DNA of 63,574 nucleotides, filler included, from It is 21 parts of 21 records of this genome, joined end to end, with 100 filler letters (N's around TTAATTAATTAA, not from the genome) between each part and the next. Parts side by side here need not be neighbours in the genome. Positions count along the whole stretch, not along the records: positions 55,464 to 57,533 come from SRR36015645_33169; positions 57,634 to 60,747 come from SRR36015645_34090; positions 60,848 to 63,574 come from SRR36015645_34267; 18 more parts are not named here. One strand, 5' to 3'. Shown piece by piece: positions 55,464 to 63,574 of this stretch (position 1 is its first letter; each line of letters starts with the position of its first letter). The notes under the pieces were generated by a model. It saw only the letters and a program-made list of their open reading frames with translations, ran no database searches and was not told where the DNA came from. The position numbers and the translations under genes were made by a program.

Positions 55464-57533
55464 AAAAGACTTGGGGAGACATTTCGTGAAGTCGTGCATG
55501 TATCTTCGACGCATACGGATCTTCTGAACTGTGAAGGAACTATACTATCTAATACAATGATGATGAAGTCAACAAGAGCTACAGTTTCGTTAACACCCTG
55601 TGATTCTGGCCTTCCACTGTATGTTAATGATCCACTGTCAGGGCAGGCTTTAACTGAACAAAATTTACACAACCAAGAAGATGAAGTGAATAGAGATCAA
55701 GCTTACACATCAATGAAACGGGGGGTTGGTGATGTAGTAAAGGACAGGGATTTGAAAGGAACAGTTGAAACTTGGCCGCAGGTTAAAGTTGAGGGCGAGT
55801 GCGATAATGATGTTTCAGAAAAACAATTGAAGGCTTCCCCAAGATCTGATGTTCACGTTCCGGCACATTCTGAAGAGTCAGATGGATCAAATTACTGTTT
55901 GATGCAAACTGTTGAAGGAACTCAAACAAAGAAGGTGGCTTTCAATTCTACTAGTCCGCATAACACACAATTTGACGCATATTACCTGACAAAGGACGGC
56001 GCATGCAAATATGCGGCACACAATTTACCACAATGTAAAATGAACACTGCCGTTCATAATACAACTGGCTTGTCAACTTTAGGTCTGGAGTCAAATGTGG
56101 TCTATTCTCCAACGAATAAAGCGTTGTGCAGAGGCAGTGAAGACTGGAACCCTGTTGATCTCCGAACTAACCCAAATACGGATTCAAGTAATCAGTGTAT
56201 GGAACTAGATACCGTATCAAGCTTATCTGATGATAAGACCGAAAGAAGTATGGCTTTGAGTCAGATATCACATCTACCCATGAAACATGCAAACGTGGTA
56301 ACTTCAGAAAAGGAAGAAGTTCTTCTTTGTCCGAACACTACCACAGAAGGTGATGCAACAGAAATTTCCGAATTCAGAAGAGGCAAATTACCAATCATAC
56401 AAAATATCGCAATAATAAGTGTATCAGAGGAAACAGCACTCGAAAGTGCTAATTTAACAGGAACCCAAAATCTTGTATCACTCACTGGACTAAAGGGAAC
56501 AGACACTGCTAACATCAATGCACAGAAAAGTACTGGTCCTACAAAAGTGAGTGATTGGAAGAGTACAGGTGTTACGGTCGGCATGTCAGAAAACCCTGAT
56601 ATGAAAGAAGAGAACATACACAGAAGTACAGACATCGCCAAATTGAAAACAAAGAATCAGGACATTACTGTAATGGGAAAAGACACTGGAAATGCAGATC
56701 TAGTGAAAGCTCGCAGCAAAGAAGGCCAGACTATTAAATACAATGATGTAGTTGCCCCACGTGATGCTGTTTCATCAGAAACAATTAATGAGGCTGTTAA
56801 CTATTATAAAGAAGGTATTCCATCAAACACGAATGCAGTGAAACAACTCAGTCAAATGCAATGTGCGAACTGTATTGGTAAAAAAGTTGGCGCAACTGAA
56901 AGACAAAACGAGGCTGTTGATTTAAGGAAAAATAGCACGGTCAAAGATTCTGAAGCAAGTTGCAACGAAAATCGGAATATCAAACACGTGAATTTAGTTT
57001 CCTCCGCAAATGCAACTTCACCAAAGGAAGATGGTACCACTTTAAATGGTGGTAAAGGAAGCAATTTGACCAATGCTAGTGCATGTAATAATGCAGGGTC
57101 CAGCCAATGCCAGACAGTGCCACAATCTAACATACGTATTGTGGATTACTGGAGCTGTGGAGAAAAGCGTAGCCACACTGGCACTAGAGGACCAGTTCCT
57201 ATGCTCCCAAAACAATATGGCGACGACAAACTTATCTGCAATAGGCCCATCCCAAACTGTAAACCTAGCTCAGTAAATCTTGTGAATAATTGTAATGTTG
57301 ACAAGCCCTGCTCACAAAATTTAAATCGCACAAATAACCACACTCGAAAATCTACAGAATTATTAACAGAAGGTAAAATGACGGCAGCACTCAGAAATAA
57401 TACGAATCTATGTTTGGCTGGTCCGAGTAAGACAATTCGCAGGAAGACTTTGCCCAGATTAACTTCAAACATAACTGGAAGTTTATCACGTCAGCACTCA
57501 GAAATAATAAAGGCACGTGTAAGCAAAGCTCTG
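55464..57533 (+). CDS. Uncharacterised low-complexity (S/T/N/K-rich) protein, probably an internal large exon of a host gene
   Basis: About 690 open codons with disorder-like composition and no recognisable motif. Confidence 0.55.
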
Positions 57534-57633
57534 NNNNNNNNNNNNNNNNNNNNNNNNNNNNNNNNNNNNNNNNNNNNTTAATTAATTAANNNNNNNNNNN
57601 NNNNNNNNNNNNNNNNNNNNNNNNNNNNNNNNN

Positions 57634-60600
57634 CTGCCGCACATTGTCTGCTGAACTTGAAGTCGCTTGTAAACAACACTCCTAAATCCTTTTCCTCCTC
57701 TACTTGTGTTAGCATATTTTGACCCATGAAATATGGGCAGCCAGGGTTATTTCTTCCAATGTGCATACATTTACATTTGTCTATACTGAAGTGCAATTGC
57801 CATTTGCTAGACCAAGCCATCAATGTCTCCAGATCTTCCTGGAGTGGTATTGAGTCAAGAACATCATCTATTTTTGAGTATACTTTTATGTCGTCTGCAA
57901 AAAGCTTTAGTTGACAGTTTAAACCAAGGGGGATGTCATTTATAAAGATCAGAAACAATATTGGCCCTAAAACTGATCCTTGGGGAACTCCACTTTTAAC
58001 TTCTGACCATTCTGACACTTGACCGTTGACAGCGACTCTCTGGAGCCTTCCTGTTAAAAAGCTTTCTATCCATTTCAAGACATTTCCTCTTATGCCATAG
58101 TGATGAAGTTTTAGCAATAATCGCTGATGTGCTACCGTGTCAAAAGCTTTTTGGAAATCTAAGTATAATACATCAACCCCATAATAGTTGTCTAACAGTT
58201 CGGACCACTCTTCAACGATTTCCAATAATTGTGTTAAGCACGAACGCCCTTTTAAGAATCCATGCTGCTCATCTATCATTACATCCTTGAAATGTTCTAA
58301 AATGAATATTCTTATGATACCTTCCATCAGTTTGCAAATGACAGATGTTAAGCTAATGGGCCTATAATTTTCTGCAAGATATTTTGATCCTTTTTTGAAT
58401 ATTGGCACCACTACAGCAAGTTTCCAGTCTCTTGGTAGTATATTAAGTTGCATGGAGTCATTGAATATACTTGTTAGGGGCAAAATAATTTGGTCAGCGA
58501 TTTCTTTCAAAAGCCGTGGGTGGATTCCATCTGTTCCAGGAGATTTGCAAGGTTTTAGCTTACCCAGAGCTATTCGTACCATTGATGGAGTGAAGGTTAT
58601 ATTTTCTAGTAAACTGCCTATCACCTCGTCCAGCTCGCTGTCGAAAGCGGGCATATTTTCCGTATCTTCTGATAGAAAGACTGAATCAAAGAAAGATCCA
58701 AATTCACCAGCTGTTTCTTTATCTGTTGCTGTGAATTGTCCATCTTTTTTCCGCAGCTTAGCTACTTTGGGCTTGGTTTTCATTGTACTTCTGCTGTATC
58801 TCCAGAACAATTTTGGGTTTTGTTTAACAATGCTGGCAATATGCTTTTCAAAATCCTGTTTAGCTTTTTTCAGTTCCCTGTTTGCATCATTTCTTTCTTT
58901 TTTGTATGTAAGAAAATGTTGGTAATTGTGTGTCCTTTGGAATCTGGCCCAGCATCCTTTTTTCCTTTTAATTCTCTTGAGTGCCTTACTATTCATCCAT
59001 ATTGGTCTGCTCGACTTGGTATCATTACACTTATGTACTGTTGGGACAAAGGTCTCCACGCATTTATTCAAGATATTTATGAATTCATCATATTTGTCTA
59101 CAAATTCTTTATTACCTAATGTTTCTTCCCAGTTTAAGGTATTTAGATAAGAGCGCATACCGTTCCAGTCTGCTTTGTTCCAATTTTTCCAGACCTTAGT
59201 CTCGGTTGGGTCCTTTGTATAGATATTGTATTCAAAATTTATGACTGCATGGTCACTTTTTCCTAGTGGGCTATCAATGCTAAGATTAGACACCATATTT
59301 TCTTCATTAGTTAACACTAGATCTAGCAGTGAACCTGCCCCATCCTGCGCAAAGCGTGTGTTCTCATATATGTGTTGATACATGAAATTGTCTATTATAG
59401 TTTCAAGGAACACGTTAGATGGGTGGTCAGGAGACATTGCCTTTGAGATTCCAGCATCCCATTCAATTTCTGGATGGTTGAAGTCACCAACGATGAGCAC
59501 ATGTGAGAATTTCATATTATTGGCCTTGTTTATTAGATTGTTTATCTTACAGTCATTGAGCTGCTGTTGTTCTTTGGTGGCAATTATATTTCTATAAATG
59601 CACCCTAGGAGGATTTTATCTGACCCATTAAGATGAATTTCACACCAAAGATGCTCTTGAGCATCATTTAAATTGTTCATAGTCTCGGATACTTCAACCC
59701 TCAGATGGTTTTTTGTGTATATTAATATTCCACCGCCCATTCTATTTGCTCTGTCAGCTCTGAACATGTTGTAGTCACTTATGTCCAGTAATATGTCATC
59801 AATATTTTCTCTACCCCATGATTCTGTTATTGCTATTATGTCTGGATTATTTATGCTACAACGTGCCTTGAATTCCTTCAACTTATCTCTGGAGCATATG
59901 CTTTGTGCGTTGGTATACATTACTCTTAAGAAACGATCTTCGTCCGGAACTTGTGTATTGGTGAGCGAATGAGAGCTAACGGCTGTGTCTGAAATGTTGC
60001 TAGTGCTGCTCCCCATACCCATTATTTCATATTTATGTACATTCACACTTGAATCTCCTGTACAAGAGATTTCAGACAGAGAACTACTGTTTTCACTGCA
60101 AATACTAGATAGGGGTGACACAGCTCCTACATCAACAGAGCCTACCTCATAAGCTGTTGCTGGGATATTAACATTGTTGTTTGATACTACTTGTGGGACA
60201 TAGTTACTGGTGCTGGGCTGTGGTGAAGTTGCTAAGTGGGTTGGATTCCAAGGCTTTTTAAGTTGCTTTTCGGTTATATTTAATAGCGGTTTAGTTGATG
60301 TACTCACTGCTGGTTTTGATTTGGGGCAATTTGTCATTGTAAGACCTGAAGTACTTGGAGAAGTATTTGTGATTAACATGGAACGGCCTATTGGGCCGGT
60401 AGCTGTTTGATAATTGTTGTTTATCACTGGAATGCATAAAGGCATTGGTGTTTTAGTTGTAACATCAATGGTCAGGGAAGAGGCTTTTTTATCTTCATCT
60501 GCCATGAGAGTTGGCATCATGGCTCTTTTGTCTACAACTGCCGGATACTGGGCTGGACGTTCACATGAGACTAGAATGTTAGTAGTATTGTCTTCAACTG

Positions 60601-60747
60601 CCATATTACTGGCTGGTTTGTCTGCATCTGCCATTAGACTGGCTGTTTCACTTTCTTTTGCCGCAATACTGGCTACTAATTCTTTTGTACAATTTTTAGT
60701 GTCTTCAACTGCCAAGTAAATGGCTGGTTTGTCTACATCTGCCATGA
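57634..60747 (-). CDS. CR1/L2-group LINE ORF with APE endonuclease and RT, truncated
   Basis: MYTNAQS, IAITESW, GCIYR, VGDFN, LDLVL, SDH, KSPGTDGI, NYRPISLTSVICK, LDFQKAFDTV, GVPQGSVLGP, LFADD, EKDLGV. Confidence 0.93.
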
Positions 60748-60847
60748 NNNNNNNNNNNNNNNNNNNNNNNNNNNNNNNNNNNNNNNNNNNNTTAATTAAT
60801 TAANNNNNNNNNNNNNNNNNNNNNNNNNNNNNNNNNNNNNNNNNNNN

Positions 60848-63574
60848 TGTTACATACACCTTGTCAGGCAAATCTGACACGTAGAGCGGGCCAAAGTGAT
60901 CGATACCAGTTATATCAAAGGGGGTCCCCGGTGTTACGCGTTCTACCGGTAAGGGAGGAGCTGACTGGTTAAAAGGCTGTCCTTCAACCTTGTTACAGAC
61001 AGCACACTTTCTTTTCAATGCTCGTATTTCCGAACGTGCATTCACAATCCAAAATTTGCGCCGTACTTCTGCAAGAGTTTGTTCAACTCCCGCATGAAGC
61101 AGGCGTATATGGGTGGAGCGTATTATGAGCTCATTAAGCTTCGTGTTTTTTGGCAGAATCATTGGATGATGATCCAAAAAACTAGTCGGTAACCTCCCCC
61201 GTATACAAATGATTCCATGTTCATTTAGAACAGGGTCAAGGTTAGATATGTGCGACGTTTTGCTCACTTTCCTACCACCTTTCAAATCATTCAACTCTTG
61301 TCCAAATTCGGAGGTTTGTACTATTTTAACTAGGCTGTTTTCTGCTACATTCAATTCTTCAATTGAAAGATTACTCTCTAATTTCCGCATTTCTTTTGTT
61401 AAGCGGCAATTTTTGAGAAATCTCAACACCCAGCCTAGTTTAACCTTCGCTTGTTCTAAAGAAGAACATCTATCGAGTAATTCAGACAGAAATCTTGATC
61501 TGTCATTGAGCGCAGTATCTTGCTTACTCAATATAGCACAGCCTGTTACTTTAGATATGTGTGATTCCACTTGTAAACTGGTATCACAAGCATGGGACTC
61601 ATTGTCTAAAGCATGAGTGTCATGTTCATCATCGTGACCATTTGAAGGTGTTTTATCTCCCACCAACCAATTGTTAGTCCTAGACAACAGCCAAGAAGGG
61701 CCATGTTGCCACAAATCTCCTTTCAGCACAGATAAATCTGTACCTCTTGAGGGAAGATCCGCAGGATTTTGAGATCCAGGACAATACGACCAGTCACCTG
61801 GATTGGTCAATTCTCGGATCTCTTTAATCCGATTGTTTTCAAACACCTTTCTATGAACTGGGTTCTGAATCCAACTTATAACGGTTGTAGAATCAGTCCA
61901 AAAGAAGCATGTCAATTTCGTGTTTAATGCTACTAATACATTTGTTGCCAGTCGCGCAGCTAAAAGGGCTCCTAACAATTCCAATCGTGGAATAGTGAAG
62001 TTCTTCACAGGAGCTACTCGGCTTTTAGACGTTAGCAAATTGGAAGCAGTCTCGCCATCACTGAGTTCTACGCGTACATACACGCAGGCAGCATAGGCTT
62101 GCAAAGAAGCATCACAAAACGTGTGAATCTGGACGCAAGACATATTTCCGTTTACACCACGGAAACAACATCTAGGGAAATTGATGTCTTTCAGTTCTCT
62201 CAATTGCTTTCTCCAATGATTGAATTCTAGACAAATTTCCTCAGGAAGTGGGTCATCCCAGTCAATTTGCAGCAACCATGTTTGTTGCATAAGAATCTTA
62301 GCTTTCGTGACAAATGGTGAGACAAGTCCAAGTACATCGTAGACCTGAGCTAGCTGACGTAGCAGCATTCGCTTGGTTATTTGTTGAACCTCATTAACTA
62401 GAGGAACAGCAACTGACAGTTCGTCTGAGATCGTCGACCATGGAAGGCCCAATACCTTGTGGTCTGAGATCTTTGACGACAGATGGTCACTTGGGATAGC
62501 CTCCATGACCGACTTGTCATTAGACACCCACTTGTGAAGCGTCATTCCAGCTCGACTAAATATGTCGATCAAGTTTAGTGCAAGCGACGATGCTTCATCA
62601 ACTGTGTTGACGCTTTTAACGAAGTCGTCAACATACATTGAGCTGGTGATAGCGCTTACATCAGAGTCTGAGGAGAGTTCAGTACTGAGATGATGTCTGA
62701 TAGTAGCGTCCAGTACATAGCTGGAACATGTTAAGCCAAAAGGCAGACGCGCTAACCTCAAGACACTACCATGCCAGAGAATACGTAAATAGTCTCTGTC
62801 ATGTGCAGCAATCTCTATCATGAGGAATGCCTTACCTACATCGCCACACAAACCTATTTCATGTTCCCTGAATCTTATCAAGATGTTCCACAAATCTTCA
62901 CCTAGAAATATGCCTAAGTGAAGATAATCATTGATAGAATTCTTTGTTTCTTTGCCTGCTGCACCATCATATACAACACGCATTGTGGTTGTCTCGCTAT
63001 CTTCCTTGAACACTGCAAAGTGTGGAAGGTAATAAGCATTTTCCTTTGTCCTCGGTTTAGGCATAGTGACACGTTCAAGTATTCCTTTTGCCAACATATC
63101 CTCAATTTGGTGAGTGTACTTCTCATTCAAATCAGGATTTTTGTTTAGCTTTTGTGCAAGTTGGTAATATCTTGTCTCTGCCTGTCGCAAATTATTTGCT
63201 GGGCGAGAGTCTTCTTTCCAAGGGAGGGACACTGAATATCGATCACCATTCTTGTGAATTTGCTTCTCAAAATTAGAATTACTGAAAGTAGAATCAACAA
63301 TTTCACTTTCAGAAGCTTTAATTCCAATAGAGTCTAGCTCCCAGAAATCTTTCACCAGTTTTTCTAACTCAACTGCACTCCTCCCCCTGTCTTTTACACT
63401 TGTTAAAAGACAACTGGAAGACTTTCGAGTACTGTGTGTTCTTCCATGTAGCAACCAACCAAATATGGTCTTGATCGCTACAGGAGCATCCACAGGCCCT
63501 CTGATAATGTCCTCAATTACATTCCAATAATAGTCAGAGCCAATTAAGAGATTTATCTCTATGTCTGGTTGGCT
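60848..63574 (-). CDS. BEL/Pao pol (protease tail, RT, RNase H, integrase zinc finger), truncated at both ends
   Basis: TIFGWLL, FWELDSIGI, VSLPWK, YYLPH, RVVYDG, DVGKAFL, LPFG, MYVDD, FCDAS, SRVAP, TIPRLEL, WTDS, NPADLPSRG, H..H..CAVC, GIDHFGP. Confidence 0.95.

Noticed and set aside
1-63574. Prokaryotic systems, CRISPR arrays, rRNA or tRNA genes
   Set aside because: None were recognised. Spliceosomal introns and metazoan TE families indicate eukaryotic DNA, and no repeat-spacer array is visible.

Overview
This window is not one locus. It is 21 unrelated eukaryotic fragments joined by 20 artificial 100-nt spacers (N44-TTAATTAATTAA-N44), so adjacency across spacers has no biological meaning and ORFs ending in X are cut off by the spacer. 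The content reads like the repeat fraction of an invertebrate animal genome, probably marine (inference). DNA transposons: two apparently intact Academ (AcademX) elements with long TIRs, one decayed Academ, a spliced hAT transposase, a spliced Helitron Rep and a Helentron/HINE-like end. LTR retrotransposons: two Ty3/gypsy, two BEL/Pao and one GalEa-type copia. Non-LTR elements: three Tx1/L1 and one CR1-like. Two tyrosine-recombinase (DIRS/Ngaro-type) fragments are also present. Non-TE-looking coding pieces are a galaxin-like di-cysteine repeat protein, two low-complexity ORFs and an F-type class I fusion (env-like) protein. The most notable signals are four. (1) An in-frame gag-UGA-CUAG-pol junction in a DIRS/Ngaro-type element suggests programmed stop-codon readthrough. 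(2) The env/F-like fusogen appears to be reached through a splice acceptor. (3) An ALOG-domain tyrosine recombinase is followed by an SGNH hydrolase and a poly(A) run. (4) A 24-bp perfect palindrome with an 8-bp target duplication resembles a P-type excision footprint. All family calls come from motif recognition by eye; no database searches were run.
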